From the NCBI GenBank assembly GCA_041940205.1, contig JBGTSP010000093.1:1-14261 (forward strand): a stretch of DNA of 14,261 nucleotides. Direction: 5' to 3'. Positions 6,705 to 13,854 of this stretch are shown in pieces (position 1 is the first letter of the stretch; each line of letters opens with the position of its first letter). The stretch is from Alphaproteobacteria bacterium (GTDB lineage: Bacteria > Pseudomonadota > Alphaproteobacteria > GCA-2731375). Position numbers and translations under genes: made by a program. Under the pieces are notes generated by a model. That model did not search any database. It worked only from the letters and a program-made list of their open reading frames with translations, and was not told where the DNA came from.

Positions 6705-8768
6705 ATGACCTGCCGGTTGGCCATCGATGTCACGCGAGAAGCGGTCGACCTCGCGCTGCGGCGCGCGCCGGACGGCCGGATCTTCTCCGCGCGGCTGACC
6801 ACCGGAAACTGGGCCAAGCCGCCGCTGTTGCGCGAAGCCGCCGCCGACATCGCCCGGCAGGCCGGCATCGCGCTGTCGGATATCGAGGCGACGGTGTTCG
6901 CGACCGACCGCACGGAATTCATCGCCCGGGCGGGCGAGGGCAGCCGCATCGGCCTGATCACCACCGCCGGGCACGAGGATCTGCTGGAACTGGGGCGCGG
7001 GGACACGCCGTCCCCGCTCGGCGGCTGGAAGACGATGCGCCCGCCGGCGCCGCTGGTTTCCCGGTTCGACATTCTCGGCGCCTCGGGGCGGCTTTCGGCC
7101 CAGGGCGACATCCTGGAACAGCCCGACGAGGCGCAATGGCGGCACCTTCTGCACGCCCTGCTTGATCGCGAGGTCGAGGGGATCGCCATCTGCCTGCTGC
7201 ATGCGGCCATCAACCCCGTGCACGAGCACCGGCTTGCCGATCTCGCCGGCGAGATGGCGCCCGGCCTGCCGGTCACCCTGTCCTCGGACGTCTGGCGCGG
7301 CGCGAAGGAGTTCGAGCGGGCCAATGCCACGGTCCTGCAGGCGCGGCTGGCCGCCGGCTTCCACCACCATCTGCGCCAGCTGGACGAGGGATTGCCGGAA
7401 CTGGCGGGCAAGCGCGGCATCAGCCTGGCCCGCGGCGATGGCGGTCTCATGGGCGTGGCGCGGGCGGCGGCGCGGCCGCTCGAAAGCCTCTCGGCCCGGG
7501 TCGCCGGCGGCGCGATGCATGCCGCCCAGGTGGCCCGGCAATGCGGATTGGACCGGGTGCTGGCGCTGGCCGTCGATCTGGACGCCAGCCGGCTGGTGCC
7601 GATCCGCGACGGGATTCCGGCTCGTGGCCAGCGCGGACGCCTCGGCGCCGCGCCCTATCCGGTGCCCGCGGTCGAACATGTCCGCGCGGCGGGCGGACTG
7701 GTGCGGGCCGGCCGGGGCGCGCTGGGGGGGCTGCAACTCGGACCGGATCAGAGTGCGGGGCCGCCCGCCGGTTTCGGCGGCAGCGTCGACGCCGCGACCC
7801 TTGTCGATGCCCTTCTGGTTCTCGGCCATCTGCCCGCGCAGCCTCTCGGGGAGGGGCCGGTGCGCGACCTGCGCAACGCGGAGCAGGCGCTGGGCGCGCT
7901 GGCCAACGCGCTCGATCTCGATCTGCATGGCGCGGCTGCCGGGATTCGCGACCTGTTTCTGGAGGATCTGGCCGGACGGACGCTGACGCTGCTGCGCCGA
8001 CACGAAATCGCACCCGGAGAGGTGGCGATCGTCGCCGGTGGCGCGTTCGGTCCCGCCCTGGCCGCGCCGCTTGCGGAACTGGTGGCGGCAGACCGTGTGG
8101 TCGTGCCGGACGCTGCGGCGCACGGGGCTGCCGCAGGCTTTCTCTCCGCCGCCCACCGCCTCGTGCTGGTCCGCGCGATCGGCAAGCCGGTTGCCGAACT
8201 CGGGGCGGAACGCCTTGCTGACCAGATCGCCTCGCTGATGGCCGAAGCGGGAGCGCTCTGGCAACAGGAGGCGGCGGACGACGGCGCTCCGCACCGGACG
8301 CTGGAGGCCGATCTGCGGCTTCGCGGACGCGAGCGCCTCGTCACGGTGACGCTCGATCCGGAGCGGGCGGATCGACAGATGCCCGCGCAACTGGCCGAGG
8401 CCTTCAAGGCGGCGCATCGCGCCCGCTACGGACCCGCCGAGGACGGATCCCTCGACCTGATCGAACTGCGGGTCGTGTTCGCGGCGGCCGCGCCCGAGGA
8501 CGGCGGCGGCGAGACCGGGCGGCGCGCGGGCGCGAGTGCGCTCGCCCTGGTCCGCGAACAGCGGCAGATCCATTTCGAGGACAAGTTCGCGATGACCGAC
8601 GTGTGCCGGCTCGAGGATCTCGAGGAGGGGCACTGGCTCGCGGGTCCGGCGCAGGTCTTCGGGGCGGATACGGCCACGCTGGTGCCGCCGGGGTGGCGGA
8701 TGGAACGGGACGCCTATGGCCATCTGCACCTGATCCGGTCCGCCGGGGACGGGCGGAGCGAGCGATGA
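6705..8768 (+). CDS. hyuA: Hydantoinase/oxoprolinase family protein, A (HyuA-like, ATP-hydrolysing) subunit, 687 aa
   Basis: The length and the C-terminal region (...LDLIELRVVFAAAA...ATLVPPGWRMERDAYGHLHLIR) match HyuA/N-methylhydantoinase A architecture. GGGGGGAGG SD before the ATG at 6705. The N-terminus LAIDVTREAVDLAL aligns with the canonical IGIDVGGTFTDxVL but lacks the glycines. The stop overlaps the hyuB start (ATGA). Confidence 0.8.
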   Translation: MTCRLAIDVTREAVDLALRRAPDGRIFSARLTTGNWAKPPLLREAAADIARQAGIALSDIEATVFATDRTEFIARAGEGSRIGLITTAGHEDLLELGRGDTPSPLGGWKTMRPPAPLVSRFDILGASGRLSAQGDILEQPDEAQWRHLLHALLDREVEGIAICLLHAAINPVHEHRLADLAGEMAPGLPVTLSSDVWRGAKEFERANATVLQARLAAGFHHHLRQLDEGLPELAGKRGISLARGDGGLMGVARAAARPLESLSARVAGGAMHAAQVARQCGLDRVLALAVDLDASRLVPIRDGIPARGQRGRLGAAPYPVPAVEHVRAAGGLVRAGRGALGGLQLGPDQSAGPPAGFGGSVDAATLVDALLVLGHLPAQPLGEGPVRDLRNAEQALGALANALDLDLHGAAAGIRDLFLEDLAGRTLTLLRRHEIAPGEVAIVAGGAFGPALAAPLAELVAADRVVVPDAAAHGAAAGFLSAAHRLVLVRAIGKPVAELGAERLADQIASLMAEAGALWQQEAADDGAPHRTLEADLRLRGRERLVTVTLDPERADRQMPAQLAEAFKAAHRARYGPAEDGSLDLIELRVVFAAAAPEDGGGETGRRAGASALALVREQRQIHFEDKFAMTDVCRLEDLEEGHWLAGPAQVFGADTATLVPPGWRMERDAYGHLHLIRSAGDGRSER

Positions 8769-10996
8769 CGAAACTCACGCCGCATCCCAGCACCCTCAGT
8801 CTGGACGACCTGGTCCGCGCGAGCCGCGAGGCGTTCGAGCAGGTCGCCAGTGCGAGCAGTACACGCCTGTCGCCGGCACCCGAACGCGTGACGCCGGCGG
8901 ATGCCGCGGCCTCGCCTCCGTCCCCGGTGTCGTCCCGCGCCGGCAACGGCGATATCGCCGGCATGCTGACGCGGCGGTTCGGCGGCTGGTCCGCCCGGTT
9001 GCTCGAGGAAAGCTGGCGGCCCGACCGACTGCACGTGCGCTGTCTCCTGCAGGTGGGGGAGCGCAGCCAGACCGGCGAGGCCACCGTGGCCCGCGGCGGC
9101 GACGGGAACGACGACGTGTTGCGGGCGGCCGCGGCGGCGGCATTGCGGCAGGCGATGCGGGACCTGGACCCGGCGGCGGCGGACGTCGAGGCGGACCATC
9201 GGCCGCAATCTGCCGCGCCGCGCCGCGCCGGACCGGTTCCCGCCGAACGGGTCAATGTGGCGCTGCATCATCTGCGCAAGGAGGCGGCGTCGGTGCTGGC
9301 GCGCGGGGCCGGCGGAACCCTGAGGGGACTGGACGAGGAGGCCGTCTCGATCACCGATGCGGTCGGCCGTCTTGTTTCCGGCAGCAACGGCACCGGGCTT
9401 GCGGTGCTGCTGCGCGAACGTCGCCTCGATATCGGCGTCGACGACATGGCGCTGATCGCCGATCCGCTCGCCTGCGACGGCGCTCTCGAAGGACCGGGAC
9501 AGGTGATGCTGGTACGCGCGGTCGGCGACCGTGACGGCGTGATCGGGCATGTCGCCGTGCAGGCGCCGCTCGGCGGACTGGGTGGCGCTGGAACCGGCGG
9601 TGCCTGCATCGCCACCCGGTCTGCCCACGCGGAAGGTCTTCGCGTGCCACCGCTCCGGCTGGTGGAAGGGGGTGTCGAGAACGGCGCGGTTCGCGCCATG
9701 TTGCGGGCCAACGCGCATGACCCCGCCCTTGCCGGACAGGATCTGGACCTGCTGATCGCGGCCTGCGATGCCGCCGCCGAAGGCCTGCAACGGCTGGCGC
9801 GGCGATTTGGCGGCGACGCGCTGCGCGGCGCCGGCGCGGTGCTGATCGAACGGGCGGCCGACGCCCTGCGCCGGCGGATCGAGGCGGTGCTGCCGGAGGA
9901 GCCGCAGAGTTTCGAGGACGTGATCGACGAGGACGGGCAGGGCGGCGGGCCGCATCGCCTGAAGCTCAGCGTCTGGCGGGAAGGCGACACGGCCTTCTTC
10001 GATTTCACCGGTACCGCGCCGGCGGCGGCCGCGGCGGTCAATTTCCGGCTCGGCGGCGAATGGTTCCGCCGGCAGGTGGGCGCCATTCTGCTCGGCTCGG
10101 CCAGCATGCGGTTCGCCGCGAGCGGCGGGTTCGACGATCTCGTCCGCGTGCGCATTCCCGCGTCCAGCCTGCTCAGGCCGCCCGAGGGCGCGGCCCTGGG
10201 AGACGGGCGGCAGACGATCGCGCGCCTGCTCGATGTTCTCTCCGGCGCGCTGGCGCTGGGTGGGTCCCTGCCGGTGCCCGCCGCGCCCTACGGCGCCGAT
10301 GCCAGTCTGGTGTTCGCCTCCGCGGAGGGCGTCACGCTGCGCGACCCGCTGTTCGGCGGGCTCGGGGGCGGGCCCGACGGCGACGGGGCGGACGGGCGCA
10401 GCCAGTGGCCATCGAGCGATCGCATGCCGGCGGAAGTGCTGGAAGGCAGCCATCCGGTGCGGATCGAAAGCTGCCGCATCCTTTCCGACAGCGGCGGCGC
10501 GGGTCGATATCGTGGCGGCAACGGCGTGGAGAAAACCTATCGGTTCACGGCCGACGGACAGGTCGCGTTGCGCGGCAACCGCCGTCTCAGCCAGCCCTAC
10601 GGCGCGGCCGGCGGCCAGCCCGGTTCGCGGGCCTCGGCGAGCCTGCTCCGCGCGGGCGGCGCCCGCGAGGACCTGCCGGTGGCCGCGGATCCTGTGGCGG
10701 TGTCCGCCGGCGACCGGCTGGTGCTCGTCACACCCGGCGGCGGTGGCTGGGGCGACCCGCTGGAGCGGGACCATCGCGCCGTGCAACGGGATGCCAGGAA
10801 CGGCCGGATCGCCGCCGCGAACGCGCGCGAGGTTTACGGCGTCGTGCTTTCCGAGGATCTTGAAGACGTCGACCTCAGGGCGACGGAGAATTTGCGAGAC
10901 AGCATGCGGCGCAGCCGCCGTCCGCTGTCCCTGTTTGCGTTTGGCGACTCGCCGGGCGGGCTGTCCGCCGCCCGGGCCGGAGTCCGTCGTGAGTAA
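8765..10996 (+). CDS. hyuB: Hydantoinase/oxoprolinase family protein, B (HyuB-like) subunit, with a roughly 160-aa N-terminal extension (743 aa total)
   Basis: HyuB-like core from about residue 160: PVPAERVNVALHHLRKEAA, DEDGQGGGPHRLKLSVWREGDTAFFDFTGTAP, C-terminal SGGAGRYRGGNGVEKTYRF...LVLVTPGGGGWGDPLERD. The ATG at 8765 overlaps the hyuA stop. Upstream of the core the frame stays open with uniformly high GC3, which favours a real extension. An alternative internal start is ATG 9155. Confidence 0.75.
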   Translation: MTKLTPHPSTLSLDDLVRASREAFEQVASASSTRLSPAPERVTPADAAASPPSPVSSRAGNGDIAGMLTRRFGGWSARLLEESWRPDRLHVRCLLQVGERSQTGEATVARGGDGNDDVLRAAAAAALRQAMRDLDPAAADVEADHRPQSAAPRRAGPVPAERVNVALHHLRKEAASVLARGAGGTLRGLDEEAVSITDAVGRLVSGSNGTGLAVLLRERRLDIGVDDMALIADPLACDGALEGPGQVMLVRAVGDRDGVIGHVAVQAPLGGLGGAGTGGACIATRSAHAEGLRVPPLRLVEGGVENGAVRAMLRANAHDPALAGQDLDLLIAACDAAAEGLQRLARRFGGDALRGAGAVLIERAADALRRRIEAVLPEEPQSFEDVIDEDGQGGGPHRLKLSVWREGDTAFFDFTGTAPAAAAAVNFRLGGEWFRRQVGAILLGSASMRFAASGGFDDLVRVRIPASSLLRPPEGAALGDGRQTIARLLDVLSGALALGGSLPVPAAPYGADASLVFASAEGVTLRDPLFGGLGGGPDGDGADGRSQWPSSDRMPAEVLEGSHPVRIESCRILSDSGGAGRYRGGNGVEKTYRFTADGQVALRGNRRLSQPYGAAGGQPGSRASASLLRAGGAREDLPVAADPVAVSAGDRLVLVTPGGGGWGDPLERDHRAVQRDARNGRIAAANAREVYGVVLSEDLEDVDLRATENLRDSMRRSRRPLSLFAFGDSPGGLSAARAGVRRE

Positions 10997-11002
10997 TCGG
11001 GG

Positions 11003-11030
11003 GTCCGGTGTAGCATTCGCGAACCCGGAC
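11003..11030. promoter_or_regulatory. Hairpin GTCCGG-(16 nt)-CCGGAC containing a perfect 8-bp palindrome TTCGCGAA, between the hyuB stop and the flotillin start; terminator and/or operator candidate
   Basis: Seen directly in the 68-nt intergenic gap 10997-11064. The palindrome core is at 11016-11023, about 40 nt upstream of the flotillin ATG. Confidence 0.25.
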
Positions 11031-11064
11031 GTAATTCGACAGCCACAACCGAGGTAGCCGCACG

Positions 11065-13815
11065 ATGCTTGAGATGGGAATTGCCCTGCTGATCACGACC
11101 ATCATCGTCGTCGCGATCCTCTACATCATCTCGATCTGGATCTATAAGCGCGCGCCTTCGAACATGTGCTTCATCCGGACGGGTTTCCTCGGCACGAAGG
11201 TCTGCCTGGGCAAGGGCGCCATCGTCCTGCCGGTGTTCCACGAGGTCACCTGGGTCTCGCTGGAGACGATCAAGCTCTTGATCAGCCGGTCGCGCGAACA
11301 GGCGATCCTGACCTCGGACAACATCCGCGTCGACGTCAACGCGGAACTCTACACCCATGTCGGGCACAACGACGCCGCGGTGCTGGTGGCGGGCCGGAGC
11401 CTTGGCGAGAAGACCTTCGATGCCGACAAGGTCCGGGTCCTGCTGGAAGCCAAGGTGGTCAGCGCGCTGCGCAGCTACGCCGCGACCAAGACCCTGAAGG
11501 AGCTGCACGAGAACCGGGACGCCTTCGCCCGCGACATCAAGGAGAACGTCACCGAGAGCTTCTCCGCCAACGGCCTCACCCTGGAAGAAGTCACCATCGT
11601 CTCCCTGGAGCAGACCCAGAAGGAGTTCTTCAAGTCCGACAACGTCTTCGACGCCGAGGGCCTGAAGGTGATCACGGAGATCACCTCCGAGGCGCGCAAG
11701 AAGGTGCACGACACCGAGAAGCGCACCACGGTGTCGATCCGCCAGAAGGAACTCACCACCCAGCTCGAACTGCTGGAGATCGAGCGCCAGGAGGCGGTCG
11801 CCCGGGCCAACCAGGACAAGGAAATCTCCAACGAGCAGGCCAAGCAGCTCGGCGAGAAGCAGGTCTACGTGCTCGATCAGCGCATGGAGGTGGAGCAGCG
11901 GGAGATCGACAACGAGAAGACCCTCGAGCGGATGCGCACGGAACGGGATGTCGCGGTGACCGAGGAGGCCCGGCGGCGCGAGGTCGCGGAGATCCAGAAG
12001 GAACTGGCGCTCGAGCAGGAGCGCCGGGATCGCGAGATCGCCCTGACCGCCAAGGCCAAGGAAGAGGAACTGGCGGCGATCGCGCGCAACCTGGCGCGCG
12101 AGCGGGCCGAGAAGGAAAAGGACATCGAACTGTCGGTCAAGGAGCGCGAGCGGCAGGAGGCGGAGATCGGCCGGGCCACCGCGGTGATGGCGGCCGAGGA
12201 GAAGGCCCGGGACGAGCGGCACGCGACCAGCGAGGAAATCAGCCTCTCGATCCATCGCCGCAGCCTCGAGACCCGCTTGTCGACGCTCGAGATCGAAAAG
12301 GAGGAGGCGCTCGCGGCGGCCCGGCAGGAGCAGGAAGTATCCAACGAGCGGGCCCGGATCCTCTCCGAGCAGCAGCGCTTCATCCTGGAGCAGCGCTGGT
12401 CGGTCGAGCAGGAGGAGATCGAGAAGGCGCTGGCGCTCGAGAAGCGGCAGATCGAGAAGGATGCCGAGGTCATCGAGCAGAACCGGCTGCGCGAGGCCGC
12501 CGAGATCCGGCGCGCGCTGGCGCGCGAGCGCGAGGAACGCGACCGGGAGATCGCGCTCGTCGCCAAGGCCGAGGAACTGGAACGGGCCGAAATCCGCCGC
12601 GTCCTGGCCCGCGAAAGCGAGGAGCGCGATCGTGCGATCGCACTGACGGAGAAGGACGGCGAACTGCGCCGGACCGAGATCGAGCACGCGCTGTCTGCCG
12701 AACTGCAGGACAAGGCCCGCGAGATCGCCCTGATCGAGAAGGAAAAGGAGCGCGAGAAGGCGGATATCGGGCGCTTCCTGTCGCGCGAACTGGAGGAGCG
12801 GGCCCGCGAGATCGCGCTGGTCGCCAAGACCCGCGAACTGGAGCAGGCGGAAATCGAGCGCCTCGGCACGGCGGCGGAGAAACAGGCCGCCGAGCACCGC
12901 ATGGAATCCGTCCGCATCGTCGCCGACGCGGAACGGGCCCGCGAGCTGGAGAAGATCGAGGCCTCGAGGATCGCCGAGGCGCGGCGTATCGACGAGGAGA
13001 ACAAGGCCGAGGTCAGCCGCATGCACATGCTCTCGCAGGCGGAGGCCCGGCTGGAATCCGCGGCGAAGGAAGCCGACGCCACCGTGATCCGCGCGCGGGC
13101 CGGCAGCGAGGCCCAGAGCATCGCGGCCGACGGGATCGAGCGCGAGGCCGGCGCCCGGGGCCGGGCGGAGATGGAAATCGAGACCCTGCGGGCCGCCAGC
13201 ACCCAGCGCATGCTGGAAGCCGAGGCGAGCGGCCTGGAGGCCAAGGCCGGCGCGCTGAAGAAGTACAACGAGGCGGCGACCTATCTCGAACTCGCCCGGC
13301 TCTATATCGAGGCCGAGCGCGACGTGCATATCGACCAGGCGCGGGCCATGGGGAACGCGCTGCAGAACGCGCAGATCCGCATGTATGGCGGCGGCGGTGG
13401 CGAGGACGGCACGGTCGAGACCATTCGCGGCCTGTTCACTCAGGGCTTCGGCCTCGGCGAGATCCTGGAAGGCTTCGCCCAGTCGATGCCGGAGGGACTG
13501 CGCCAGCGTTTCAACGCCAACGGGGTTCGCGGCCTGTTGGGCCGGCCCTATTCCGGCGGCTCGCTGCGCGCCCTGCACGACCACATCAAGGCACTGGTCG
13601 ACGAGCACCTGCGTTCGCGGCGGGCCCGCGACGTTCCCTTCCCCCAGGCGCTGGCGGCGCTGGAGGAGCATGCCGGGGACAACGAGGCGCTGCGCGGCGC
13701 CGTGGCCCAGCTTCGCGACTTCAACCAGCAGGGCGTTCTGGACGAGGTCTCGTTCGACACCGTCTGGACGCTGTTGCAGGCGGCCGCCCGGGCGCCGGAG
13801 CGGGACGAGGGGTAG
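11065..13815 (+). CDS. Flotillin-family / SPFH (band-7) domain membrane protein, unusually long (916 aa) with an expanded E/A/R-rich coiled-coil region
   Basis: N-terminal TM helix (IALLITTIIVVAILYIISIWIY). SPFH-like core (CFIRTGFLGTKVCLGKGAIVLPVFHEVTWVSLETIKLLISRS...IRVDVNAELYTHV) resembling YqiK/FloT-type flotillins. Then about 600 aa of heptad-like E/A/R/L repeats. GC3-rich plus-strand codons. GAGG upstream of the ATG. Confidence 0.85.
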   Translation: MLEMGIALLITTIIVVAILYIISIWIYKRAPSNMCFIRTGFLGTKVCLGKGAIVLPVFHEVTWVSLETIKLLISRSREQAILTSDNIRVDVNAELYTHVGHNDAAVLVAGRSLGEKTFDADKVRVLLEAKVVSALRSYAATKTLKELHENRDAFARDIKENVTESFSANGLTLEEVTIVSLEQTQKEFFKSDNVFDAEGLKVITEITSEARKKVHDTEKRTTVSIRQKELTTQLELLEIERQEAVARANQDKEISNEQAKQLGEKQVYVLDQRMEVEQREIDNEKTLERMRTERDVAVTEEARRREVAEIQKELALEQERRDREIALTAKAKEEELAAIARNLARERAEKEKDIELSVKERERQEAEIGRATAVMAAEEKARDERHATSEEISLSIHRRSLETRLSTLEIEKEEALAAARQEQEVSNERARILSEQQRFILEQRWSVEQEEIEKALALEKRQIEKDAEVIEQNRLREAAEIRRALAREREERDREIALVAKAEELERAEIRRVLARESEERDRAIALTEKDGELRRTEIEHALSAELQDKAREIALIEKEKEREKADIGRFLSRELEERAREIALVAKTRELEQAEIERLGTAAEKQAAEHRMESVRIVADAERARELEKIEASRIAEARRIDEENKAEVSRMHMLSQAEARLESAAKEADATVIRARAGSEAQSIAADGIEREAGARGRAEMEIETLRAASTQRMLEAEASGLEAKAGALKKYNEAATYLELARLYIEAERDVHIDQARAMGNALQNAQIRMYGGGGGEDGTVETIRGLFTQGFGLGEILEGFAQSMPEGLRQRFNANGVRGLLGRPYSGGSLRALHDHIKALVDEHLRSRRARDVPFPQALAALEEHAGDNEALRGAVAQLRDFNQQGVLDEVSFDTVWTLLQAAARAPERDEG
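11734..12612 (+). repeat. Internal in-frame duplication within the flotillin gene: two roughly 122-aa homologous segments with a 171-aa (513-nt) period
   Basis: Copy 1 SIRQKELTTQLELLEIERQEA...EIQKELALEQERRDREIALTAKAKEEELAAIARNLAR (11734-12099) aligns without gaps to copy 2 SIHRRSLETRLSTLEIEKEEA...EIRRALAREREERDREIALVAKAEELERAEIRRVLAR (12247-12612). Diverged at the DNA level. Confidence 0.7.
12502..12849 (+). repeat. Four tandem 87-nt (29-aa) coiled-coil repeats inside the flotillin gene
   Basis: EIRRALAREREERDREIALVAKAEELERA / EIRRVLARESEERDRAIALTEKDGELRRT / EIEHALSAELQDKAREIALIEKEKEREKA / DIGRFLSRELEERAREIALVAKTRELEQA. Exact 87-nt phase at 12502, 12589, 12676 and 12763. A more diverged copy lies in duplication copy 1 around 11987. 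Confidence 0.7.
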
Positions 13816-13854
13816 GCGGCGCGGCGGACAACGGACGGGCGGCGGCGACAGGGC

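Noticed and set aside
5783-6708. 240-aa minus and 245-aa plus ORFs over the membrane-protein gene
   Set aside because: They conflict with the GC3-supported, RBS-supported 4-TM protein ORF (5893..6441). The translations are charged low-complexity.
6438-8729. 763-aa minus-strand ORF antisense to hyuA, and the 291-aa, 188-aa and 219-aa ORFs within it
   Set aside because: Antisense to a well-supported HyuA-like CDS. Arg/Gly/Pro-rich translation typical of high-GC antisense frames.
8714-10786. 690-aa minus-strand ORF antisense to hyuB, and the plus-strand shifted-frame ORFs 10060..10863 and 10233..11057
   Set aside because: They overlap the HyuB-like CDS, have no recognisable domains and are R/G/P/A-rich. 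Compositional artefacts.
9155-10996. Alternative shorter hyuB starting at ATG 9155 (MRDLDP...)
   Set aside because: Not fully rejected. It has a weak RBS (GGCAGGCG) and it breaks the ATGA coupling with hyuA. The upstream extension also shows coding-like GC3, so 8765 is preferred.
11877-13268. 463-aa minus-strand Ser/Arg-rich ORF inside the flotillin gene
   Set aside because: Another stop-poor antisense frame of the same repeat region. Low-complexity S/R/A protein, no support.
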